Origin: Desulfuromonadales bacterium
GTDB taxonomy: Bacteria; Desulfobacterota; Desulfuromonadia; Desulfuromonadales; BM103
Length of the DNA: 50,639 nucleotides
Reading direction: 5' to 3'
NCBI GenBank assembly: GCA_051305875.1
Contig: JBPPMD010000112.1
Location: 1 to 50,639 of the forward strand
Positions 1 to 12,363 of the stretch are shown piece by piece (position 1 is the stretch's first letter; the number at the start of each line of letters is the position of its first letter). The position numbers were made by a program, and so were the translations under genes. The notes under the pieces are model-generated. The model saw only the letters and a program-made list of their open reading frames with translations. It was not told the DNA's origin and ran no database searches.

Positions 1-579
1 GATGGTGTCCCGATTGTTCCTGTCTGTAATGCCAAGCTGAGACGTGCGGTCAAAGCGAAAACCGCACAGATGGTGCTCACTCTGCAGGGTGGCGCTTTCG
101 GTCTGGAGGATGAACCGAGCGGCAGTCCGACTGTTGTACCGATCGACACAGACACTGCGGCCCAGGTGGAGTTCTGTGGCTACGAGGAAGCCGAAGCCGG
201 TGGCGTTGATCTGTCAAAGGCCGGGGTGATCGTCAGTGCCGGTCGCGGTATCGGCAAGCCGGAAAACCTGGCGATGGTCGAAGCGCTGGCCAAGGCCCTC
301 AAAGGGGAGTATGGCGCCAGTCGCCCGGTGGTTGATTCCAATTGGGCCGATCACGGTCGCCAGGTCGGCACCACCGGCCAGACCGTCTCGCCAAAGTTGT
401 ATGTTGCCTGCGGCATTTCCGGGGCGATCCAGCATCTGGCCGGTATGAAGAAGTCAGAATTCATCGTAGCCATCAACACGGACAAAGATGCACCTATAGG
501 GGAAGTTGCTGATGTTCTGATCGTGGCCGACCTGAAGGAATTCGTACCGTCTCTCACCGAAAAGATACAGGCACTTTGA
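1..579 (+). CDS. etfA: Electron transfer flavoprotein alpha subunit (5'-partial)
   Basis: Frame open from base 1; FAD-binding motifs [52 protein letters not shown]. Confidence 0.95.
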   Translation, partial: DGVPIVPVCNAKLRRAVKAKTAQMVLTLQGGAFGLEDEPSGSPTVVPIDTDTAAQVEFCGYEEAEAGGVDLSKAGVIVSAGRGIGKPENLAMVEALAKALKGEYGASRPVVDSNWADHGRQVGTTGQTVSPKLYVACGISGAIQHLAGMKKSEFIVAINTDKDAPIGEVADVLIVADLKEFVPSLTEKIQAL

Positions 580-627
580 CGCGCGTTAAAGCACCTTGAT
601 TTAACGCAGAAGGAGAGGAACCAAATC

Positions 628-936
628 ATGATTGAAGCTATTTTTTCCAGCCTGGAAGACAGCTACTCATCCGGTGTAATCGATGCGGAAACCAGCTTTT
701 ACTTTTCGATCGATGACATTAAAAAAACGGTGGTGCTAACTCCGGAGGCTTGTCGTGTTGAGGATGGCAAAACGATTGAAGAGGTTGATTGCGTCTGTAA
801 AACGGGCAGTGATTTTTTTCTCAAGATCTGGAATGACGGCTACCGCCCGGGGATGGGCGATTTTATGAGCGGCAAGATTAAATCAAATAATCCTCTGACG
901 CTTAAAGACTTTCTGGCTGCATTCGGCAAAGAGTGA
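628..936 (+). CDS. SCP2-like (sterol/lipid carrier fold) small protein
   Basis: 102 aa, SD GGAGAGG upstream; C-terminal [10 protein letters not shown] resembles the SCP2 AFMxGKLK motif; follows etfA. Confidence 0.6.
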   Translation: MIEAIFSSLEDSYSSGVIDAETSFYFSIDDIKKTVVLTPEACRVEDGKTIEEVDCVCKTGSDFFLKIWNDGYRPGMGDFMSGKIKSNNPLTLKDFLAAFGKE

Positions 937-1152
937 TGAGCCCGGTTCGGTTCGCAGCGTGTGAGACTTTGTTCACGGGATTGCAGTTGTTAACAGGGGT
1001 ACTGCACAGGTGAAAATTTTCAGATGATTTCACACCTTCCATATTTTGACCGGCCAAACCTTCTGACACAAATTCAGAGACATCCTAGTTTTGACCTTCG
1101 TCCGCAATATTGCAGAAGGGATGGGCGTGGTCCATTTTTTCCATTTTTACTC

Positions 1153-1180
1153 TTGACATATCTGACTACAACGGTAAGAT
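1153..1180 (+). promoter_or_regulatory. sigma70-type promoter of candidate sRNA
   Basis: TTGACA (1153-1158), 16 nt, TAAGAT (1175-1180). Confidence 0.6.
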
Positions 1181-1186
1181 ATCAAT

Positions 1187-1275
1187 AACAGAACATCGTC
1201 TTCATCTCTTACCTCCTAAGAGAAACCAAAACCCGTTGCCCCACAGTCCTCCTCCTGATCTGTGGGGCTTTTTTT
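1187..1275 (+). ncRNA. Candidate small RNA with two C/U-rich (anti-SD) loops
   Basis: Between promoter and terminator; hairpin TCTCTTA-CCTCC-TAAGAGA (1205-1223); hairpin GCCCCACAG-TCCTCCTCCTGAT-CTGTGGGGC (1238-1268) then T7; 5' end approximate. Confidence 0.6.
1238..1275 (+). terminator. Intrinsic terminator of candidate sRNA
   Basis: 9-bp GC-rich stem followed by TTTTTTT. Confidence 0.8.
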
Positions 1276-1429
1276 GTTAAATATCAGGGTTCGCAAGATC
1301 CGGGCCGCCAATTTAACCTCTCCGTGACCTGCAAATTTCAATAAGACGACTTACTGCATTAACACCCTTTTGATTTGCGATCCTTCATGTGCTAGTTTGA
1401 GAGCATCTTTTTTTGGGGCAGGTTCATCA

Positions 1430-1819
1430 ATGAGAGTAAGCATATTCCTCCTGACTCTGATGCTGGGGATTTCCCTGTGCGCTGCTGTGTGCGCCGCGGA
1501 ATCCGCAGAGCGGTCAATGGTTGTTACCGCTAATGCATTCAACTCGGTGCCCTCGCAGACCGATTTGAATCCGTCAATTGCTGCTTGGGGAGATCGGCTC
1601 AATCCCGGCATGAAAGCCGTAGCGGTTTCCCGCGACCTTATCGAAGCGGGACTTACGAGGGGAACTACCCTGCGAATCGAGGGAATGGAGGGTGAATTCG
1701 TCGTCCTCGACAAAACAGCATCACGCCACACAAAACGGATTGACATCTACATGGGCACGGATGTTCAGAAGGCAAGGCAGTTTGGCGTCAGACAACTGCG
1801 AATCTACTGGAACGATTAA
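1430..1819 (+). CDS. Exported 3D-domain (MltA-like) protein
   Basis: Signal peptide after ATG 1430; VTANAFNS...AVAVSRDL...VVLDKT...RIDIYM 3D-domain pattern. Confidence 0.8.
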   Translation: MRVSIFLLTLMLGISLCAAVCAAESAERSMVVTANAFNSVPSQTDLNPSIAAWGDRLNPGMKAVAVSRDLIEAGLTRGTTLRIEGMEGEFVVLDKTASRHTKRIDIYMGTDVQKARQFGVRQLRIYWND

Positions 1820-1901
1820 CGTCTCATCTTTAGCTCCCTGTTTTTAAGAATCCCCCTTATTCCCCTGTACTCAATTTGGTTAATCAAATAAAATAGCTGC
1901 A

Positions 1902-2756
1902 ATGACTGATATCGGGCATGATTTACTCAAACATTTGACGCTGGAACGCCTCGAAGAAAACCTGTATCGCGGTGACAGTCGCGACATAGGCGGCCCGAAC
2001 GTGTTTGGCGGGCAGGTCCTGGGCCAGGCTCTCTATGCCGCCAGCCAGACTGTTGAAGGTCGCGATGTGCATTCGCTGCATGCGTATTTTCTTCGCCCTG
2101 GCGACAAGCATGCACCTGTTGTTTATGAGGTGGAACAGACCCGCGACGGCAACAGTTATGCGACCCGCAGAGTTGTGGCGATGCAGAGAGGTAAGCCGAT
2201 CTTTAACATGGCGGCATCCTTCCAGGTGAGAGAGGAGGGGATCGAACATCAATTCGCGATGCCCGAGGTGCCAGGTCCGGACGGCTTGCCCAACATGACG
2301 GAACTTGCCAGGCAGACATTTGCGGATGTTCCCGACAAATTAAGCCGGTTCCTTTCGTGGCAACGTCCCATCGAATTTCGTCCCGTCCAGCCAACGCATC
2401 CTCTCCATCCTGAAGCATGTCCACCGTATCGGAGCCTCTGGATGCGCGCCAATGGAGTTTTTCCAGACGATCCGGCGATGCATAAGGTTCTTCTCGCTTA
2501 TGCTTCCGACTTTTCCCTGCTCGGTACGGCCTTGCTGCCTCACGCCCTGACCTTCTATCAGAGTACGATTCGTGCGGCAAGCCTTGATCACGCCATGTGG
2601 TTTCATCGCGACTTCCGCATGGACGAGTGGCTGCTGTATAGCATGGACAGCCCGAGCGCATCCCGCGGACGAGGTTTCAGTCGTGGCAATCTCTTCAGCC
2701 GCGAGGGCAAACTGGTCGCATCTGTGGCCCAGGAAGGGATGATCCGCAAGATCTGA
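1902..2756 (+). CDS. tesB: Acyl-CoA thioesterase II
   Basis: VFGGQVLGQAL, HSLHAYFLRPG, LAYASD, ASLDHAMWFHR, VASVAQEG motifs. Confidence 0.95.
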   Translation: MTDIGHDLLKHLTLERLEENLYRGDSRDIGGPNVFGGQVLGQALYAASQTVEGRDVHSLHAYFLRPGDKHAPVVYEVEQTRDGNSYATRRVVAMQRGKPIFNMAASFQVREEGIEHQFAMPEVPGPDGLPNMTELARQTFADVPDKLSRFLSWQRPIEFRPVQPTHPLHPEACPPYRSLWMRANGVFPDDPAMHKVLLAYASDFSLLGTALLPHALTFYQSTIRAASLDHAMWFHRDFRMDEWLLYSMDSPSASRGRGFSRGNLFSREGKLVASVAQEGMIRKI

Positions 2757-2835
2757 TGGCGGCGCAAAAGTTATAGGACAGTGTTGCCTGCACCCTTCAC
2801 CTGGAATGCAGAGCCCTTGATTGAGGCTATGAACG

Positions 2836-3813
2836 ATGAAGACGAGAATTACCGAGTTGTTTGGCATCGAATATCCGATTGTCCAGGGTGGTATGATGTG
2901 GGTCGGGACTGCCGATCTGGCTGCTGCGGTATCCAACGCCGGAGGCCTGGGCATTATCACCGCCCTGAATCAGGCAACACCTGAGGCCTTGAGAAAAGAG
3001 GTGGCTCGCTGTCGAGAGATGACCAGCAAGCCCTTCGGTGTCAACGTGACGATCCTGCCGTCCATCAATACCCCGCCTTACGCAGAGTTTGTGCAGGCGA
3101 TTATTGAGAGTGGTGTGAAGATTGTCGAAACCGCCGGTCGCAATCCACAGCCGTTTATGGCTGCTTTCAAAGCGGCTGGCGTGAAGGTTATCCATAAGTG
3201 CACCTCGGTCCGCCACGCGTTGAAAGCGCAGGCGATCGGGTGTGATGTCGTCAGTGTCGACGGTTTTGAATGTGCCGGGCATCCCGGCGAAGATGACGTC
3301 ACAAATCTGGTGCTTATCCCTGCAGTTGCTGCCAGGCTGTCTATCCCTATACTTGCCTCGGGAGGTATCGCCAACGGCTATCAGATGGCGGCGGTTTTTG
3401 CCCTGGGTGCCGAGGGCATCAATATGGGGACACGCTTTGTGGCGACTCTGGAGGCACCCGTACATGACAACGTAAAGCAGGCAATAGTTGATGCAGACGA
3501 ACGTCAGACCACCTTGATCCTGAGAACACTGAATAACACCGCACGCGTCTTTGACAACAAGGTTGCCAGGGAAGTTCTCGCCATAGAATCACGGCATGGC
3601 AATACCGACTTTGCTGAAATTCAACCTTTGGTCGCCGGTACGCGTGGTCGCAAGCAAGTCCTGGAAGTCGGTGATATTGATGGTGGCCTATGGACGGCCG
3701 GTATGGTTATCGGGCTGATTAACGACATACCCAGCTGTGCTGTCCTGCTCAAGCGCATCATTGCGGAAGCTCGTGAAGCGGCAGAGCAGCGCGTAAGCAT
3801 GTTGTTAACCTGA
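2836..3813 (+). CDS. Nitronate monooxygenase / FabK-like flavin oxidoreductase
   Basis: PIVQGGM, AVSNAGGLG, KPFGVN, GFECAGHPG, ASGGI, GTRF motifs. Confidence 0.9.
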   Translation: MKTRITELFGIEYPIVQGGMMWVGTADLAAAVSNAGGLGIITALNQATPEALRKEVARCREMTSKPFGVNVTILPSINTPPYAEFVQAIIESGVKIVETAGRNPQPFMAAFKAAGVKVIHKCTSVRHALKAQAIGCDVVSVDGFECAGHPGEDDVTNLVLIPAVAARLSIPILASGGIANGYQMAAVFALGAEGINMGTRFVATLEAPVHDNVKQAIVDADERQTTLILRTLNNTARVFDNKVAREVLAIESRHGNTDFAEIQPLVAGTRGRKQVLEVGDIDGGLWTAGMVIGLINDIPSCAVLLKRIIAEAREAAEQRVSMLLT

Positions 3814-3881
3814 TTCCGCACCTGCACATTTAACGTTTTCAGCCTTTGCATTATTGCTGCATTGCTTTAAGGAGTTCGCTC

Positions 3882-5471
3882 ATGAATCTCAGCGGAGGAC
3901 AGATCATCGGTTCGGAATTCCGTCCGACTGGTAACCGGAGGCAGTTTGCTGCAGTGAATCCCGCCACCGGGGCTGTCCTTGAACCACAAATCAGCGAAGC
4001 GACCTGTGACGATGTCAACAGCGCTGTCTGCGCGGCCGCAGAGGCATTCGAACTGTACCGTAAATTGCCGTCGTCGCGGCGAGCAACCTTCCTGGAGAAC
4101 ATTGGCGAACAGCTGATGGCAGCTGGTGCTGAGTTGATTGCCCGTGCGCATGAAGAGACGGCGCTCCCCCGAACCAGGCTCGAAGGGGAACTGGTGCGCA
4201 CTGTCAACCAGTTGCAGCTTTTTGCTCAACAGGTGCGTTCAGGCTTTCATCTTGAGGCGCGCATCGACCTCGGCCAACCGCAACGGGTACCGGTGCCGAA
4301 GCCGGATCTCCGGGCAATGCAGATTCCGCTCGGTCCGATTGCGGTCTTTGGCGCAAGCAACTTTCCCCTGGCGTTTTCTGTGGCTGGTGGTGACACTGCC
4401 TCGGCGCTGGCGGCGGGTTGTCCGGTCGTCGTCAAGGGTCATCCGGCACACCCGGGGACGTCCGAACTCACTGGCCGCGCAGTAATGCGGGCGATTCGCA
4501 AGAACCACGTCCCGCAGGGAGTTTTTTCACTGCTGCAGGCGAAAAATACAAATGTGGGCGCAGCTTTAGTGCAACATCCTTTGATCAGGGCGGTTGCTTT
4601 TACCGGATCGCTTGCAGGTGGGCGGGCACTCTTTGATCTGGCCTGCTCGCGAACGGAACCTGTGCCGGTCTATGCCGAAATGGGCAGCGTCAACCCGGTC
4701 TTCTTTCTGCCAAAAATTGTTGAAGACAGGGGGGCGTCGCTGGCTGCTGCGCTGGTTGAATCGTTGACCCTCGGTGTCGGACAGTTCTGTACCGCACCGG
4801 GGCTGGTCCTGGTAATCAAGGATGGCGCAACAGAGATCTTCCTGCACGAGGTCGAAAGCTGTCTTGCCGCAAAGCCACCGGCAGTTATGTTACATGACGG
4901 CATAAAACAAAATTTTCTGGCGGGTCTGAACAAGCTGTCGTCTGTTGACGGTGTTGAGCGCTCCGACTGGCCGTCTCCTTTGCCGGGCGGGTGTCTGGCT
5001 GCTCCTGCCCTGTTGCGGACCGATGCGAAGACCTTGCTTGACAACCCTGCACTTGCTGAGGAAGTCTTCGGCCCCTCTGCGATGGTTGTCGTATGTGATT
5101 CCAGAGGCGAGATGTTGAGGACAGCGGAGAGGCTTCAGGGCCAGTTGACAGCCTCTGTACACGGCACGCACGATGAACTGCTGGGCTCTCGTGATTTGTT
5201 GGAGATTCTTGAACGCAAAGCAGGACGTCTGCTTATAAACAGTTTTCCAACAGGGGTTGAAGTGTGTGCCTCGATGCATCATGGCGGCCCCTATCCAGCG
5301 ACGACCGACAGCAGAAGCACCTCGGTAGGCCACTATGCCGTGAAGCGATTTCTGCGTCCTGTCTGTTATCAGAACTTTCCACAGGAGCTGCTGCCTGAAG
5401 CGTTATGTGATCTGAACGCATTGAATCTATGGCGCCTGGTTAACGGCAGCATGAGTCGTGATGACCTCTAG
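3882..5471 (+). CDS. NADP-dependent aldehyde dehydrogenase (alpha-ketoglutarate semialdehyde dehydrogenase family)
   Basis: SD AAGGAG before ATG 3882; FGASNFPLAFSVAGGDTASALAAG, AEMGSVNP, GQFCT, PTGVEV, HGGPYPAT. Confidence 0.9.
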   Translation: MNLSGGQIIGSEFRPTGNRRQFAAVNPATGAVLEPQISEATCDDVNSAVCAAAEAFELYRKLPSSRRATFLENIGEQLMAAGAELIARAHEETALPRTRLEGELVRTVNQLQLFAQQVRSGFHLEARIDLGQPQRVPVPKPDLRAMQIPLGPIAVFGASNFPLAFSVAGGDTASALAAGCPVVVKGHPAHPGTSELTGRAVMRAIRKNHVPQGVFSLLQAKNTNVGAALVQHPLIRAVAFTGSLAGGRALFDLACSRTEPVPVYAEMGSVNPVFFLPKIVEDRGASLAAALVESLTLGVGQFCTAPGLVLVIKDGATEIFLHEVESCLAAKPPAVMLHDGIKQNFLAGLNKLSSVDGVERSDWPSPLPGGCLAAPALLRTDAKTLLDNPALAEEVFGPSAMVVVCDSRGEMLRTAERLQGQLTASVHGTHDELLGSRDLLEILERKAGRLLINSFPTGVEVCASMHHGGPYPATTDSRSTSVGHYAVKRFLRPVCYQNFPQELLPEALCDLNALNLWRLVNGSMSRDDL

Positions 5472-5584
5472 CAAGGTCAAGGAAATCAGGGGTTTGAGCG
5501 GAGGCGTAGTCCTTTGCGCCGCACAATCAAATCCGCCGATTGACTCAGAGATTGCGGAAAAGGGCCGTATCCGGACGAAAATTA
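5471..5584. repeat. Truncated copy of dispersed palindromic repeat family A
   Basis: ~7 mismatches over 114 nt (by eye) to the reverse complement of 47017-47130. Confidence 0.9.
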
Positions 5585-5608
5585 ATTACATTCAGGAGCT
5601 TGATTAAC

Positions 5609-8896
<3,288 letters not shown>

Positions 8897-8898
8897 TA

Positions 8899-9879
8899 AT
8901 GACCAAACACACAGAAATTTTAGATGCCGCCCGCAAGGTTATTCAGATAGAAGCCGAAGCTGTTGCAGCTCTGGCAGCACGCTTGGATGATAACTTCGCC
9001 ATGGCGGTAGAGATGGTCCTGGCATGTTCCGGTCGCGTGGTCGTAACCGGGATGGGCAAATCCGGTTTGATCTGTCAGAAAATGGCGGCGACCATGGCTT
9101 CTACAGGAACACCGACAATCTTTCTGCATCCTGCTGAAGGTGTTCACGGTGATCTGGGAATGCTGATGAAGGGCGATGTCGTCATTGCGGTCTCCAATTC
9201 CGGTGAGACAGAAGAGATCGCCCGCATATTGCCGACGATCAAGCGCATGGGGCTGCCGTTGATTTCAATGACCGGGAATCCCACCAGTACTCTGGCACGA
9301 GCCGGCGATGTGTTTCTTGACATCTCCATCAAGGAGGAGGCCTGTCCATTGCAGCTGGCCCCGACAGCGAGTACCACAGTCACCCTGGCCATGGGCGATG
9401 CCCTGGCTGTTGCTTTGCTTTTACAGAGAGGTTTCCGGGAAGAGGATTTTGCTCTGTACCATCCCGGAGGCGCCCTGGGCAAGCGCCTGCTGCTACGTGT
9501 TGAAGACCTGATGCATGTGGGTGAAGATGTACCTACAGTTAACGTAAATACTCCATTGAAAGATGCTCTGTATGTGATCTCCAGTAAAAAGTTGGGGATT
9601 ACCGGGGTTATTGATGACCGGGGAAACCTGGTCGGCGTCTTTACTGATGGTGACTTGCGACGCAAGATTGAGCAGGGTATCGAGGTCCTCAATCGTCCTA
9701 TCGGAGAGCTCATGGCCGGCAAGCCGAAGCGTATTCTGCGCACCAACCTGGCAGCCAAATCCCTGCAGCGCATGGAGGAACACCAGATTACCTCCTTATT
9801 TGTTTTTGACTCGGAAGAGGATCAGAAACCGATCGGGATTATCCACCTGCATGACCTGCTCAAGGCAGGGGTCATCTGA
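8899..9879 (+). CDS. kdsD: Arabinose-5-phosphate isomerase (SIS + CBS)
   Basis: TGMGKSG, HPAEGVHGDLG, LAPTASTT, HPGGALG, FTDGDLRR. Confidence 0.96.
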   Translation: MTKHTEILDAARKVIQIEAEAVAALAARLDDNFAMAVEMVLACSGRVVVTGMGKSGLICQKMAATMASTGTPTIFLHPAEGVHGDLGMLMKGDVVIAVSNSGETEEIARILPTIKRMGLPLISMTGNPTSTLARAGDVFLDISIKEEACPLQLAPTASTTVTLAMGDALAVALLLQRGFREEDFALYHPGGALGKRLLLRVEDLMHVGEDVPTVNVNTPLKDALYVISSKKLGITGVIDDRGNLVGVFTDGDLRRKIEQGIEVLNRPIGELMAGKPKRILRTNLAAKSLQRMEEHQITSLFVFDSEEDQKPIGIIHLHDLLKAGVI

Positions 9880-10397
9880 TGGCTGTCGATCTATCCAGGA
9901 TCAAGCTGTTGCTGCTTGATGTCGACGGTGTCATGACTGACGGTCGAATTATCTATGACAGCGATGGTGGCGAAACCAAGGCCTTCGATGTAAAAGATGG
10001 TCATGGTCTCAAGCTGTTGCAGCGGGCAGGAATACGGGTTGGCATCATTACCGGCCGTCAGTCGACAATCGTTGTCCGCAGGGCTGCGGAACTGGGGATT
10101 GAACTGGTTTATCAGGGAGCCAAAGACAAGCGCCTGCCGTTCAACGAGATTCTGCAAAAGCTGGCCCTTGCCCCGGAAGAAGTTGCTTATATCGGTGATG
10201 ACATAGTCGATTTGCCTGTCATGAGACAGGTCGGTTTTGCCGTGACCGTGGCTGACGCCGTCGACGATGTGAAGCCCTTCGCCGACATGGTCACCGAACG
10301 GCCGGGAGGACGAGGTGCCGTCAGGGAAGTCTGTGATTTTCTGCTCAAGGAAACCGGCCGTTGGCCAACTGTGGCACATCATTATTTCGAAGATTAG
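9879..10397 (+). CDS. kdsC: KDO 8-phosphate phosphatase
   Basis: DVDGVMTDG, FDVKDG, IITGR, GDD, GGRGAVRE. Confidence 0.96.
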   Translation: MAVDLSRIKLLLLDVDGVMTDGRIIYDSDGGETKAFDVKDGHGLKLLQRAGIRVGIITGRQSTIVVRRAAELGIELVYQGAKDKRLPFNEILQKLALAPEEVAYIGDDIVDLPVMRQVGFAVTVADAVDDVKPFADMVTERPGGRGAVREVCDFLLKETGRWPTVAHHYFED

Positions 10398-10436
10398 CCT
10401 GTTATACAATTCTCATGCCAACTTATTATATGGCGC

Positions 10437-10466
10437 TTTACAGTAAACCTCCCGGGGTGCTATACT
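10437..10466 (+). promoter_or_regulatory. Putative internal sigma70 promoter for lptCAB
   Basis: TTTACA, 18 nt, extended -10 TG-C-TATACT. Confidence 0.5.
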
Positions 10467-10477
10467 GACTTCCAACA

Positions 10478-11053
10478 ATGAGTAAATTCAACAAACCCCG
10501 CAATCTTCTTCTGCTCCTGGCCCTGGGGCTTGCGCTTGCTCTGCTGGTTGTTATCTCCCTGCGATATCGGCCGGAAGCTCAATTGCAGGCTCTGGTGAAG
10601 GCTTTGCCGGAGGGGGTCGATGTCTCCTTACAGGACATTGATTATACGCACATTGAAGAGGGTAGGGCCCGCTGGCGTTTAGTGGCTCAACAGGTTGAAC
10701 GCAAGTCAGCGTCGGGAATTCTGGGACTCATCAGCCCGCAATTGAACTTTTATGACGAGCAAGGCGAAACGAAAGGCTCTTTACAGGCTGGCGGTGGTGA
10801 AGTCAGCGAGGATTATCAGCAGGTTAAATTGCGTGACAATGTTATTTTGAAGAATTCTGCCGGTTACACACTGTACACTGACCACCTTGATTACGATCAC
10901 ACAACGCAGACTGCAACAACAGATGACCATGTACGTCTGGTTGCAGAGGGCTTGCGTCTGCAAGGCACTGGGCTGGTGTTTTATTTAAAACAGGAACGCT
11001 TGCAGCTGAATGCAGATGTAAAAGGGGTCCTTGCTTCCAGGCAGAGGGAATGA
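10478..11053 (+). CDS. lptC: LPS export protein LptC
   Basis: Single N-terminal TM helix, beta-rich periplasmic domain, position between kdsC and lptA. Confidence 0.88.
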   Translation: MSKFNKPRNLLLLLALGLALALLVVISLRYRPEAQLQALVKALPEGVDVSLQDIDYTHIEEGRARWRLVAQQVERKSASGILGLISPQLNFYDEQGETKGSLQAGGGEVSEDYQQVKLRDNVILKNSAGYTLYTDHLDYDHTTQTATTDDHVRLVAEGLRLQGTGLVFYLKQERLQLNADVKGVLASRQRE

Positions 11054-11556
11054 TAGTTCCTATGATGAAAATTGCTACCCTGTGTTTATCCGTCCTCTTG
11101 CTGCTTATGCCGTTATCGGTGCTTGCCGTTACCGGATTAGCGTCGCAAAACCGCGGCCCGGTCGAGGTCTCCGCAGATCGTCTTGAAGCCGATGATCAGG
11201 CTCAAACCCTCGTTTTCTCAGGAAATGCTGTCGCCAGTCAGGACGACGTCACGATTTACGGCGATCGTCTTACGGTGGAGTATACCGGCGAGAAACGTGA
11301 GATAGAAAAAGTTATTGCTGAAGGCTCGGTGCGCATCCTCCAGGGAGCGCGGGTTGCTACTGGCGCAAAGGCGGTCCTCTATCATGTCGAAGAACGCATT
11401 GTTCTGACGGGTTCTCCGAAAGTCAGCGATGGCGATAATTCTGTTGAGGGCCAGGAGATCACAATCTACCTGAACGATCAACGCAGCGTCGTCACTGGAG
11501 GTGCCGATGGCAGAGTGAATGCCATTTTCACACCACAAACGGAGAAGCAGCCTTGA
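11050..11556 (+). CDS. lptA: LPS transport periplasmic protein LptA
   Basis: Signal peptide; [28 protein letters not shown]. Confidence 0.92.
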   Translation: MIVPMMKIATLCLSVLLLLMPLSVLAVTGLASQNRGPVEVSADRLEADDQAQTLVFSGNAVASQDDVTIYGDRLTVEYTGEKREIEKVIAEGSVRILQGARVATGAKAVLYHVEERIVLTGSPKVSDGDNSVEGQEITIYLNDQRSVVTGGADGRVNAIFTPQTEKQP

Positions 11557-12278
11557 GCCATCGTCTGACCGCACGTGGGTTGTCGAAGGCGTATAAACAG
11601 CGCCAGGTGGTTTCGTCCGTTGATCTTGAAATCAAGTCAGGTGAAGTGGTCGGTCTGCTCGGTCCGAATGGCGCCGGGAAAACCACCTCTTTCTATATGG
11701 TGGTCGGACTGATCAGGCCGGACCACGGAGAAGTCTTTCTTGACGATGAGAATTTAACCGCATTGCCTATGCACCAGAGAGCCAGGATGGGGATTTCATA
11801 CCTCCCACAGGAAGCTTCGGTTTTTCGTAAGCTGTCGGTTGAACAGAACCTTCTGGCAATTCTGGAGACTGTGGAAAAATCCAGGCAGGTTCAGCAAAAA
11901 CGCAAGGATCAATTACTCGAAGACTTCCGTCTGACGCATGTTGCAAAATCTTTCGGCTATGCACTCTCCGGTGGAGAAAGACGTCGTGTCGAGATCGCCC
12001 GCGCCCTGGTCCTCGATCCCAGGTTTATTTTGCTCGACGAGCCTTTTGCCGGGATTGATCCGATCGCCGTGCTTGATATCCAGGAAATCATTAATGAACT
12101 GAAACAACGCCGAATCGGTGTCTTGATCTCTGACCATAACGTCCGTGAAACCCTGGGAGTGTGCGATCGAGCTTATATTTTAAATGAAGGCTGCATCCTG
12201 GAGCATGGGGCGCCTGATCAAATTGCCCGGAGCGCAAAGGCCAGGGCGATTTATCTGGGAGAAAAATTTCGGCTTTAG
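11553..12278 (+). CDS. lptB: LPS export ABC ATPase
   Basis: [49 protein letters not shown]. Confidence 0.98.
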   Translation: MSHRLTARGLSKAYKQRQVVSSVDLEIKSGEVVGLLGPNGAGKTTSFYMVVGLIRPDHGEVFLDDENLTALPMHQRARMGISYLPQEASVFRKLSVEQNLLAILETVEKSRQVQQKRKDQLLEDFRLTHVAKSFGYALSGGERRRVEIARALVLDPRFILLDEPFAGIDPIAVLDIQEIINELKQRRIGVLISDHNVRETLGVCDRAYILNEGCILEHGAPDQIARSAKARAIYLGEKFRL

Positions 12279-12363
12279 TGCCGGAACCCGCTGGCGAAGG
12301 GTTGGTTTTTTGCCAGTATTATTGACTTGACCTTTTGACGCTACTTTCCCTTATGATGGTGAC

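Noticed and set aside
960-1035. Rex/CRP-like partial palindromes (GTGAAAATTTTCAG at 1010-1023; TGTGAG...TTCACG)
   Set aside because: Arms are imperfect and short; cannot be distinguished from chance without a matrix scan.
1205-1223. ACCTCCT as a 16S rRNA 3'-end fragment
   Set aside because: No other rRNA-like sequence flanks it; treated as an sRNA loop.
5540-5608. N-terminal extension of KdsB and the minus-strand ORF 46561-47061 sharing [15 protein letters not shown]
   Set aside because: Both derive from the non-coding repeat A; the kdsB start with an SD is 5609.
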